From Dehalococcoidaceae bacterium (GTDB taxonomy: Bacteria > Chloroflexota > Dehalococcoidia > JAUVWM01): a stretch of DNA of 39,396 nt. Where the stretch lies: contig JAUVWM010000001.1 in the NCBI GenBank assembly GCA_030604105.1, positions 1 through 39,396 of the forward strand. Reading direction: 5' to 3'. Under the pieces are notes generated by a model. That model was given only the letters and a program-made list of their open reading frames with translations. It was not told the DNA's origin and made no database searches. The translations under genes and the position numbers were made by a program. This document shows, one piece after another, positions 9,372 to 17,261 of this stretch; the first letter of the stretch is position 1; the number at the start of each line of letters is the position of its first letter.

Positions 9372-9716
9372 ATGAGATACCGGCGTGAGCTGCTGAAGGG
9401 CAGCACAGATTCATTGCTCCTTTGCCTGATCAGGCAACAGCCTATGTATGGCTATCAATTGATTAAGGAGCTGGGGAGAAGAAGCGAGGGCTACTTCGAG
9501 TTTAAGGAGGGCACCCTCTACCCCGCCCTGCACCGGCTGGAGAAGGAGGGGCTGCTTCGAGGCAAGTGGGAGCGTCTGCCCGGTGGGCAGGAGAGAAGAT
9601 ACTACCACATAACCGGTAAAGGTCAGCACGCGTTGAATGCCAAGCTGGCTGAATGGCAGGGTTTCGCCGCTGCCATGAACCTGGTCTTGCAGCCAAGCAT
9701 CGCTTGGAGCGGTTAA
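9372..9716 (+). CDS. PadR-family transcriptional regulator
   Basis: LLLCLIRQQPMYGYQLIKEL...FKEGTLYPALHRLEKEGLL...RRYYHITGKG is the PadR winged-helix signature. ATG 9372 is chosen because the ORF-track start 9324 lies inside the promoter. Confidence 0.85.
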   Translation: MRYRRELLKGSTDSLLLCLIRQQPMYGYQLIKELGRRSEGYFEFKEGTLYPALHRLEKEGLLRGKWERLPGGQERRYYHITGKGQHALNAKLAEWQGFAAAMNLVLQPSIAWSG

Positions 9717-9726
9717 GAGTCGAACG

Positions 9727-10653
9727 ATGGTCACTGCATTGGCAGCCTACTTAGAGAACGTCAGGTCATACCTGAGACTGGACTCCCCGTCGGAAAGGGA
9801 GGTTCTGCGGGAGCTGTCTACCCACCTGGAAGAACGAGCCCAGGAGCTGCGCCAAGAGGGATTTTCCGAGGAAGAGGCAGCCAAGACAGCGACCCAATAT
9901 TTGGGCTCCCCCAAGGCTATAGCCCAACAGATGTACCAGGTGCACAGCCAGGGGAGTTGGCGCCAAGCCTTGCTGGCAGCTATGCCCCATCTGCTGTTGG
10001 CGGCTCTGTTTGCCCTGCACGTGTGGCAGAATGTCAGCCTGTCGCTGATCATCATGCTCTCGATACTGGGCGTGGCAGCCTATGGCTGGCGGCATGGCAA
10101 GCCAGCCTGGCTCTTTCCCTGGCTGGGCTATTGCCTGGTGTCACTCATATATGCTGGACTTTTCCTGTTATCTCTGCCCAAGGGTTGGGCCCTGTTTGCC
10201 TTCCTGGCTTACATTCCCCTCGCCTGGTGGCTGGTATCCGCCATCGCAGCCCAGGCGGTGAGGCGAGATTGGCTTTACGGCTCCCTGGCTCTGCTCCCCC
10301 TGCCCGCTTTGATAGGCTGGCTCGTGGCTTTGGAGCTCCGGGGTGGTCTCTCCGGGTACGAAAAGCAGCACCTCGACGACATCGGCTCCTGGATTGCGCT
10401 GAGCTTTCTCACCTTAGCCGTGACTGCTGCCACCTTCATACGGCTCAGGCGGCGCTTGCTCAAGACCGGCGCTTTACTATCCCCAGAGATTTTGATCTTG
10501 ATGCTGGCGGCTTTCTCGACCGAGGGCGGACTCGGTTTTCTCGGGCTGCTGGCGTTAGTCTTATTATCCCTGGGTATTCTGCTCAGCCCTGCCCTGCTGG
10601 AGCGTAAGATAGGCCATGGGGAAGGTGGACAGGGTCAGCATTGCCACCGATAG
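9727..10653 (+). CDS. multi-pass membrane protein with N-terminal PadR-associated helical (DUF1700/HAAS-like) domain
   Basis: 308 aa. The soluble N-terminus (YLENVRSYLRL...EREVLRELSTHLEERAQE...GSPKAIAQQM) is followed by about 7 hydrophobic segments. It starts 11 nt after padR. Confidence 0.65.
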   Translation: MVTALAAYLENVRSYLRLDSPSEREVLRELSTHLEERAQELRQEGFSEEEAAKTATQYLGSPKAIAQQMYQVHSQGSWRQALLAAMPHLLLAALFALHVWQNVSLSLIIMLSILGVAAYGWRHGKPAWLFPWLGYCLVSLIYAGLFLLSLPKGWALFAFLAYIPLAWWLVSAIAAQAVRRDWLYGSLALLPLPALIGWLVALELRGGLSGYEKQHLDDIGSWIALSFLTLAVTAATFIRLRRRLLKTGALLSPEILILMLAAFSTEGGLGFLGLLALVLLSLGILLSPALLERKIGHGEGGQGQHCHR

Positions 10654-11482
10654 CACGGTTTGCCTGCCTGAGGCGTTGGTGAAGCGGTACGCCATCCAGG
10701 TGGTGCCATTGGACCTGGTCTTTGATGGCAAGGTCTACCGTGACGGGGTGGATATAAGCCCGGAGGACTTCTATCAGCTGCTGCAACAGGCCAGGAAGCT
10801 CCCCACCACCTCGCCAGCCTCACCCGGAGACTATCTGAAGGTGTACCAGGAGCTGAGCCAGTGGGCGGATAGCATCCTGTGCATCACCGTCAGCTCAAAG
10901 GTGAGTGCCATGTTCGATTCGGCGCAAGCGGCTAAGGAGGCCGCCGCAGAGATAATGCCCCAGACCACCATCCAGGTGCTCGATTCCAACACCGCGGCCA
11001 TGGCCCAGGGATTCGTGGTGTTGAGAGCCGCCGAGGCTGCCGCCCAGGGCCAGGGCCTGGAGCAGGTGGCACAGGTAGCTCAAGACATAATGGGCCGGGT
11101 ACGCCTGATAGCTTCATTGGGCACCCTTTATTACCTGGCCAAAGGCGGTCGCGTGCCCAAAGTGTACGCTTGGGCCAGCTCCCTGCTCAAGATCAAGCCT
11201 ATTGTCCAGCTGTTCCAGGGCGAGGTAGGCCTGGTGGCAAAGGTGAGAACCAGCCCCCGAGCCAGGGAGCGCCTGGTGGAGATAGTGAGGCAGCGGGTGG
11301 CAGAAGACCCGGTGCATGTGGCAATATTCCATGCCCATGCCGCCGAAGAGGCCGAAGAACTCAAGCGTCAGGTCTCCTCGCGGCTGCAGTGCGTTGAACT
11401 TTATGTCACCCAGTTTACTCCGGTGATGGGCGCCCATACTGGCCCCGGTGTTTTGGGCCTCGCTTTCTACAGCGGGGACTAG
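10616..11482 (+). CDS. degV: DegV-family fatty-acid-binding protein
   Basis: 288 aa. IATDSTVCLPE...VVPLDLVFDGKVYRDGVDISPEDFYQLL...TTSPASPGDY is a typical DegV/FakB N-terminus. Confidence 0.85.
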   Translation: MGKVDRVSIATDSTVCLPEALVKRYAIQVVPLDLVFDGKVYRDGVDISPEDFYQLLQQARKLPTTSPASPGDYLKVYQELSQWADSILCITVSSKVSAMFDSAQAAKEAAAEIMPQTTIQVLDSNTAAMAQGFVVLRAAEAAAQGQGLEQVAQVAQDIMGRVRLIASLGTLYYLAKGGRVPKVYAWASSLLKIKPIVQLFQGEVGLVAKVRTSPRARERLVEIVRQRVAEDPVHVAIFHAHAAEEAEELKRQVSSRLQCVELYVTQFTPVMGAHTGPGVLGLAFYSGD

Positions 11483-11536
11483 ATTTTTCCGCGGCGACTG
11501 AGTATTGTCTCCAGCCAAGTCAGTTAGGAGGGCAGC

Positions 11537-12229
11537 ATGTGGCCTGAAGTGGCCTTGATCTTGGGCGCGTATCTCTTTGGCGCCCTGCCCGTTCTGTTCC
11601 TCATGGGCAAGCTCAAGGGGGTTGACCTTCGAGAGCAGGGCGATTTGCACTTAGCCCTGTGGAACATGATGGGGCCGGCTGTAGGAGGTTTGGGCATAGC
11701 CGCGGATGTCGCCAAAGGGGTCATCGTGGTCTTGGTGGCCAAGGCCTTGGACTTCGATATCGCCGTGGTCGGTGCCGCCGGGATGGCCACGGTAATCGGT
11801 CAGATGTGGCCTGCGTATATCAAGGGAACGGGTGAGAAGGGCAACAGCACTGGCCTGGCTATGGCATTTGCCTTGGCTTTCGAGCCCTTCCTCGTTGCCG
11901 CAGCGCCCCCTATGCTGATAGGCCTTGGGGTGAGGACAATACCCCGACTGCTCGATCCCAGCCAGTCGTTGGCTCAGCGCCTGAAGTTCGGCGGGGCATC
12001 CAGCCAGAGCCTGCCCCTGGGAATGGCCATCGGCTTTGCTGTCCTGCCCCTGGGGACCTGGCTGGTGCAATCGGAGGACACGCTGCCCATAGCCCTGACC
12101 TTCCTCGCCCTTTTCATATCGATAATGATAAGAAGGCTCACCGCCGACCTTAAAGAGGACCTCAAGACAGCCACCGATGTAAAGAGAATCCTCATCAACC
12201 GTCTCCTCTACGATCGGAGCTACTTATAG
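11537..12229 (+). CDS. PlsY-like integral membrane protein (divergent; canonical acyltransferase motifs degenerate)
   Basis: 230 aa. Collinear with PlsY by eye (AYLFGALP..GKLKGVDLREQG.., AADVAKG, VIGQMWPAY.KG.GEKG). However, GSGNxGATN reads GDLHLALWN and the conserved His reads Gln. Confidence 0.55.
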   Translation: MWPEVALILGAYLFGALPVLFLMGKLKGVDLREQGDLHLALWNMMGPAVGGLGIAADVAKGVIVVLVAKALDFDIAVVGAAGMATVIGQMWPAYIKGTGEKGNSTGLAMAFALAFEPFLVAAAPPMLIGLGVRTIPRLLDPSQSLAQRLKFGGASSQSLPLGMAIGFAVLPLGTWLVQSEDTLPIALTFLALFISIMIRRLTADLKEDLKTATDVKRILINRLLYDRSYL

Positions 12230-12270
12230 GCTGCCATCCCGGCCTGCTGGCTCAATCGGCAGAAATATCC

Positions 12271-12276
12271 TATAAT
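12271..12276 (+). promoter_or_regulatory. TATAAT -10 box 9 nt upstream of ATG 12286 (leaderless mRNA candidate)
   Basis: The sequence reads cctTATAATtggggggagATG. No convincing -35 was identified. Confidence 0.3.
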
Positions 12277-12285
12277 TGGGGGGAG

Positions 12286-12867
12286 ATGGGGCAAACCAGA
12301 CAAGATGTATCTAGATTGAGACAAAGTTTGGGTCAGCTCCCCGAAGCCGCGGTCTCCCCCGCCTTTGTGGTGATCTGTGGCCTGCCCGGCACCGGAAAGT
12401 CGTACTTCTGCCGCAGGCTGGCGGAGAGACTGCCCTTCGCCGTTCTGGAAAGCGATGCCCTGCGCAAGGCGCTGTTCCCCTCCCCCGGCTATAGCGCTGA
12501 GGAAAGCTCCTGCCTTTTCCGCACCTGTCACCTCCTCATTGAGGAGCTGCTGCGGGACGGGATACCCCTTATCCTGGATGCCACGAATCTGTCGGAGAGG
12601 GGTCGGGAACGCCTGTATCACATTGCCAGCCGCCTGGGGGCCAGGCTCATCATGGTCGGTGTCGAGGCGCCCCCTTCCCTGGTGCGGCAGCGCCTCCGAT
12701 CCCGAGGTCAGGACAATGACCCGGAGAACAGATCAGACGCGGACTGGAAAGTCTACCAGAAAATGAAGGTCTCAGCCCAGAGGATCCGCCGCAACTATTT
12801 TGCCGTTGACACCTCGAGGGATATCTCCCCGGTCATCGACAAGATAGCGCGAGCTGTGGAGCGATAA
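12286..12867 (+). CDS. P-loop kinase/ATPase (AAA_33 / zeta-toxin-like small kinase fold)
   Basis: 193 aa. Walker A GLPGTGKS and Walker B-like LILDATN. Size and layout match small-molecule/polynucleotide kinase-like proteins. Confidence 0.65.
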   Translation: MGQTRQDVSRLRQSLGQLPEAAVSPAFVVICGLPGTGKSYFCRRLAERLPFAVLESDALRKALFPSPGYSAEESSCLFRTCHLLIEELLRDGIPLILDATNLSERGRERLYHIASRLGARLIMVGVEAPPSLVRQRLRSRGQDNDPENRSDADWKVYQKMKVSAQRIRRNYFAVDTSRDISPVIDKIARAVER

Positions 12868-12882
12868 ATTTGGGGGAACGAT

Positions 12883-14385
12883 ATGGAGATCAAGGTCATA
12901 GCTGGCGACATCACCAAGCTTCAGGTCGATAGCATCATTGTGAACCTGTGTGAGGGGGAGGCGCGCCCCAGCGGGGCGGCTGAGGCCGTAGATCAGGCCC
13001 TGGGAGGGGCTATCGCTCAGCTCATGGCCACCGGTGAGAGCAAGGGCAAACTGAACGAGGTCTCCATGATCCATACCCTGGGCAAGATCGAGGCCGCCCG
13101 GGTGGTGGTGGTCGGCCTGGGAAAGCAGCCGGAGCTAACCCCGGACCGGATTCGAGGTGTGGCCGCCGAGGCATGTCGCTCCCTGCGCAAGATCGGCTCA
13201 CAGAGGGTAGCCACCATCGCTCATGGAGCGGGTCTGGCCGGTATAGGGCCGGAGACGGCCGCTCAGGCGGTGGTAGAGGGCAGCATCCTGGGCGTCTACG
13301 CCTTCCGCAAGCATATGACCAAGGAGCCTGAATCTGGCGAGATAAAGGAGCTGCTGATAGTGGAGAAGGAGGAGGGCAAGATTTCCAGCCTGGAGGGGGG
13401 ATGTGTGAGGGGGCAGGTGCTGGCTGAGGCCACCAACTTTGCCCGGGATATGGTCAACGAACCGGCTAATTACATGACCCCCGGCGCTATGGCCCAGATA
13501 GCAAAGGATATGGCCCAGAGCTATGGTCTGGAGTTCAGCCTTCTTGAGCGCCAGCAGATGCAGGAGATGGGCATGGGCGGGCTACTGGGGGTTTCTCAGG
13601 GGAGCCAGGAGCCGCCGAAGCTCATCCAGCTCAGCTATAAGGGGGATGCCACATCCTCCAAGCCCCTGGGGCTGATCGGCAAGGGCATAACCTTCGACTC
13701 AGGGGGGATATCCATCAAGCCCTCCGAGGGCTTGGGGGAGATGAAGGGGGACATGGCCGGGGGGGCGACGGTTATCGCCGCCATGCGCGCTATCGCCCAG
13801 CTTAAGCCCAAGATGAATGTCACCGCCCTGGTGCCGGCAACGGAGAACCTGCCCAGCGGCAGCGCCTTAAAGCCTGGGGATGTATTGCGGGCCATGAACG
13901 GCAAGACTATCGAGATCGTCTCCACCGATGCCGAGGGAAGGCTTATCCTGGCCGACGCCCTGAGTTATGCCCGCAAGCTGGAGCTTTCGCCCCTGGTGGA
14001 TGTGGCCACGCTGACCGGGGCTTGCCACATTGCCCTGGGCGATATCTGCAGCGGCGCCTTCGGCAACAACCAGGAAATCATGGAGGCTGTGCTCAGGGCC
14101 GGCGAAGAGGCCGGGGAGCGCATATGGCAGATGCCGATGTACGAGGAATATAAGGAGCCAAACAAGAGCGATGTGGCCGACATCAAGAACGTGGGCGGCA
14201 GATACGGGGGTGCCATCACCGCTGCCCAGTTCCTGTCGGAGTTCAGCGAGGATACCCCCTGGGTTCACCTGGACATAGCCGGTACCTCCCGCAGCGACAA
14301 GGACCGAACTTACCTGGTGAAAGGCGCCACCGGGGTCGGGGTTCGCACGCTGGCCAACCTGGCCCTGGCCCTTGCCCGACAATAG
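12883..14385 (+). CDS. pepA: leucyl aminopeptidase (M17)
   Basis: 500 aa. GKGITFDSGGISIKP and NTDAEGRL-type motif (VSTDAEGRLILADAL). Confidence 0.92.
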   Translation: MEIKVIAGDITKLQVDSIIVNLCEGEARPSGAAEAVDQALGGAIAQLMATGESKGKLNEVSMIHTLGKIEAARVVVVGLGKQPELTPDRIRGVAAEACRSLRKIGSQRVATIAHGAGLAGIGPETAAQAVVEGSILGVYAFRKHMTKEPESGEIKELLIVEKEEGKISSLEGGCVRGQVLAEATNFARDMVNEPANYMTPGAMAQIAKDMAQSYGLEFSLLERQQMQEMGMGGLLGVSQGSQEPPKLIQLSYKGDATSSKPLGLIGKGITFDSGGISIKPSEGLGEMKGDMAGGATVIAAMRAIAQLKPKMNVTALVPATENLPSGSALKPGDVLRAMNGKTIEIVSTDAEGRLILADALSYARKLELSPLVDVATLTGACHIALGDICSGAFGNNQEIMEAVLRAGEEAGERIWQMPMYEEYKEPNKSDVADIKNVGGRYGGAITAAQFLSEFSEDTPWVHLDIAGTSRSDKDRTYLVKGATGVGVRTLANLALALARQ

Positions 14386-14398
14386 AAAGGAGGCGATC

Positions 14399-15046
14399 AT
14401 GAAGGTCAAATGGCTGGCTCACGCTGCATTCCTCATAACCTCGGACCAGGGAACCAGGATCATCACCGATCCCTATGAAGTGGGGGGCGGGCTAAGCTAT
14501 GCCAGCATAGACGAGGCCGCCGACATCGTGACGGTGAGTCACGACCACGCTGATCACAACAATGCCGCCGCGGTGCGGGAAAGCCCCCAGGTAGTCAAGG
14601 GCGCAGGGGTCAAGGAGGTCAAAGGCATCCCGTTTAAGGGCATCCCCACCTACCATGATGAGTCCCAGGGGGGGCAGCGGGGGCCCAACACCATATTCTG
14701 CTTTACCGTGGATGGGATGAGGCTGTGTCACCTGGGCGACCTGGGGCACCCGCCCTCAAAGGAACAGGTCTCCGGTATAGGAGAGGTCGATATATTATTC
14801 AGCCCGGTAGGCGGTTTCTTCACCATCGGCGCCCCCGTAGCCGCCCAACTTTGCGATAGCCTGAAGCCAAAGGTGGTCATCCCCATGCACTTCAAGACTG
14901 CCAAATGCGCCTATCCCATAGCCGATGTCGAGGACTTCCTGAAGGGTAGAAGCGACGTAAACAGGCTGGATGCCAGCGAGGTGGAGTTCACGCGGGAGAA
15001 CCTGCCTGCCGCCACTCAGACGGTGGTTCTGAAGTCGGCACTATAG
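14399..15046 (+). CDS. MBL-fold metal-dependent hydrolase (UPF0173-like)
   Basis: MKVKWLAHAAFLI...VSHDHADH... AGGAGG lies 5 nt upstream of ATG 14399. The ORF-track start 14372 overlaps pepA. Confidence 0.8.
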   Translation: MKVKWLAHAAFLITSDQGTRIITDPYEVGGGLSYASIDEAADIVTVSHDHADHNNAAAVRESPQVVKGAGVKEVKGIPFKGIPTYHDESQGGQRGPNTIFCFTVDGMRLCHLGDLGHPPSKEQVSGIGEVDILFSPVGGFFTIGAPVAAQLCDSLKPKVVIPMHFKTAKCAYPIADVEDFLKGRSDVNRLDASEVEFTRENLPAATQTVVLKSAL

Positions 15047-15141
15047 CAGCAAGCACTCCGCTCGGCTGAGCCTCCTCAAAGCTCCGGGCACCGGCAGTTC
15101 CCAGAACGATCCGAGGTGCCCGCGCCCGGTTGCCAGGATCG

Positions 15142-15945
15142 CTATCTGCCCTCGAACTGGGGCATCTGCTTCTGAAGGAAGGCCCTCACCGCTGCCGCAT
15201 GGTCCTGGGTGCCCAGGCTCAAGCCCTCAAGGGCCAGAGAGGTATCGAGGACCAGGGTCACCGCTTGCCTGAGGTGCCGGTTGATAGACATCTTGGTCCA
15301 CTGTACAGCCTTGGGCGCACCGGCAGCCAGACGCTGGGCCATGGCCATCACCGTAGACTCCAGCTCCTCCAGGGGCACGGCCTTGTTTATCAGCCCGATC
15401 TGCTCCGCCTCCTTGGCTCCGAGCGGGGCTCCGGTCAGGAGGTACTCCTTGGCTTTGGCTATCCCTATCAGCAGCGGCCAGATGACGGCACCCCCGTCCC
15501 CGGCCACCAGACCCACCCCGACATGGGGATCGCCGATCCGGGCGCCCTCGGCGACGTAGACGAGGTCGCAAAAGAGGGCGAGGGTCGCCCCCAGCCCCAT
15601 GGCATGGCCGTTCACCATGGCTATGATAGGCTGAGGCACATCGATGATATTGTGGATAAGCCTTCGGGCCTCGCCGAACAGGCCCACCGTCTTATCGGCG
15701 ACCGGCGCATCCAGACCTCTCTCCATCAGCTTTATATCGCCGCCGGCGCTGAAGGCCTTCCCGGCACCGGTCAGCACCACCACTCTCACCTCACTGTCCC
15801 GGGCAACGTCGGCGAAGATACTCTCCAGCTCCGGGTGTAGCTCGGGGCCCACGGCGTTGAGGGCCTCGGGACGATTCATGGTGAGTTTGCAGATACCATC
15901 CTTCTTCTCCACCAAAATGTACTGGTAGCGGCTGTAGTCCACCAT
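15142..15945 (-). CDS. enoyl-CoA hydratase/isomerase (crotonase) family protein
   Basis: 267 aa. LTMNRPEALNA, VVVLTGAGKAFSAGGD (oxyanion-hole region) and GGAVIWP. Confidence 0.85.
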   Translation of the reverse strand: MVDYSRYQYILVEKKDGICKLTMNRPEALNAVGPELHPELESIFADVARDSEVRVVVLTGAGKAFSAGGDIKLMERGLDAPVADKTVGLFGEARRLIHNIIDVPQPIIAMVNGHAMGLGATLALFCDLVYVAEGARIGDPHVGVGLVAGDGGAVIWPLLIGIAKAKEYLLTGAPLGAKEAEQIGLINKAVPLEELESTVMAMAQRLAAGAPKAVQWTKMSINRHLRQAVTLVLDTSLALEGLSLGTQDHAAAVRAFLQKQMPQFEGR

Positions 15946-16024
15946 GATTTGGACCTCCTCTTATATATTTTTTATCTATTTTGCCCTGCAGAACTATCCG
16001 GGCTCATAAAGGGCTTCTTCGGGA

Positions 16025-16053
16025 ATTATACCAGCCTCTCCCCTCCCTGGCAA
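16025..16053 (-). promoter_or_regulatory. putative promoter of the crotonase gene (TTGCCA-17-TGgTATAAT)
   Basis: The reverse strand reads TTGCCAgggaggggagaggcTGgTATAAT, directly after the selD stop and about 80 nt upstream of ATG 15945. Confidence 0.5.
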
Positions 16054-16064
16054 TGAATATCACC

Positions 16065-17114
16065 TCAATTTACCAGGACTTTCCCCGTTGGGCCGGCGAC
16101 TACCTCCCCGATGATAGCTGCCTGGGGCACGCCTGCTTCATGCAGCCTGTCCAGCAGCGATTCCGCCGTTTTGGGAGCCAGGGAAATGAGCAGTCCCCCG
16201 GAGGTTTGAGGATCGAAGAGCATGTCTTTTACAGGTGCAGGCACCTGGGGGGCAAATTCCACCGTTTTGGAGTAGAACTCTCTGTTTCGCTGCAAGCCTG
16301 CCGGGCAACAACCCCTTGTGGCAAACTCCTCCGCTTTGGGGAGGAAAGGAACCGAGGCGAAATGAAGCTCCAGGCCCACCTGGCTGTTGTGAGCCATCTG
16401 ACAGGCATGGCCGAGAAGGGCGAAGCCGGTTATGTCGGTGCAGGCATGGGCCCCTACCGCCTGCATCAGCTCTGAGGCCTCCTTGTTTAAGGCTGTCATG
16501 GATGCGGTGATATCGGCTACGGACTGTTTATCGGCTATCCCGGCCTTCAAGGCGGTGCTCAGGATTCCGGTGCCCACAGGCTTAGTGAGTATCAGCTTAT
16601 CTCCTGCTTGAGCCCCGGCGTTGGTCAACACCTTTTCAGGATGAACGACGCCGGTGACGGAGAGGCCGTATTTCAGCTCCGTATCGTCCACACTGTGGCC
16701 ACCGATCAGGGTCACCCCGGCCTCTCGCATCTTGTCCAGCCCGCCCCGGAGGATCTCCTGCAGAACCGAGATGTCCATGGAGCTGATGGGGAAGCAGACG
16801 ATATTCAGGGCCATCAGCGGCCTGCCTCCCATGGCGTAGACATCGCTCAGGGCATTGGCCACGGCGATCTGGCCGAATACGTAGGGTTCATCGACTATGG
16901 GCGTGAAGAAATCAATGGTCTGGATGATTGCCAGATCATCTGCCAGCTTGTAAACGCCGGCGTCATCGAGGCTGGCCATGCCCGTGATCACATTGGGGTC
17001 GGATATCAGGGGCAAGCCACATAGAGCTTGGTCTAGGTCTCCCGGACCCAGCTTAGAAGCTCAACCGGCGCCGCGAACGCTTTCCGTCAGGCGGGAGGAC
17101 ATCCACTTGGCCAC
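16065..17114 (-). CDS. selD: selenide, water dikinase (selenophosphate synthetase), selenoprotein with in-frame UGA at 17063-17061
   Basis: The ORF track gives only 16065-17015. Reading the same frame upstream gives (V/M)AKWMSSRLTESVRGAG-U-ASKLGPGDLDQALCG joined to LPLISDPNVITGMASLDDAGVYK, which matches the SelD N-terminal G-A-G-(C/U)-x-x-K loop. The GTG start at 17114 lies 6 nt after AGGAGG; ATG 17102 is an alternative. Confidence 0.85.
17025..17061 (-). promoter_or_regulatory. candidate bacterial SECIS stem-loop of selD
   Basis: RNA after the UGA reads AGCUU-cuaag-CUGGGUC-cggga-GACCUAG-acc-AAGCU. This gives a 5-bp lower stem and a 7-bp upper stem (one G-U) with a G-rich apical loop, and it begins at the A of the UGA. 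Confidence 0.5.
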
Positions 17115-17158
17115 CCGGCTCCTCCTTGGCAAGAGACTAGCCACCAATTGGCTGTGAC

Positions 17159-17167
17159 ATCATAGCA
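17159..17167 (-). promoter_or_regulatory. putative selD extended -10 (TGcTATGAT)
   Basis: The reverse strand reads atTGcTATGATgtcacag, about 45 nt upstream of the GTG start. The -35 is poor. Confidence 0.3.
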
Positions 17168-17217
17168 TAAATCGAGCGCGCAGACCAAGCTTGCCAGGCC
17201 GAGCGATGAAGGCCATG

Positions 17218-17246
17218 TTGAAACTCGTTCGCCATGTTGCTAGAAT
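17218..17246 (+). promoter_or_regulatory. putative selAB promoter (TTGAAA-17-TGcTAGAAT)
   Basis: Good -35 and extended -10. ATG 17262 follows GGAGG, giving a very short leader. Confidence 0.45.
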
Positions 17247-17261
17247 TAGTCGGAGGCCGAT

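Noticed and set aside
15086-15121. Inverted repeat GGGCACC...GGTGCCC in the convergent gap between the MBL gene (14399-15046) and the crotonase gene, considered as a bidirectional terminator.
   Set aside because: The stem is only 7 bp around a loop of about 21 nt, and there is no U-tract on either strand. This is too weak to call.
16026-16067. Read-through of the selD TGA stop (U-GDIHCQGGERLV-TAA).
   Set aside because: The extension is only 13 codons and overlaps the predicted promoter of the downstream crotonase gene. SelD homologs end at about this position.
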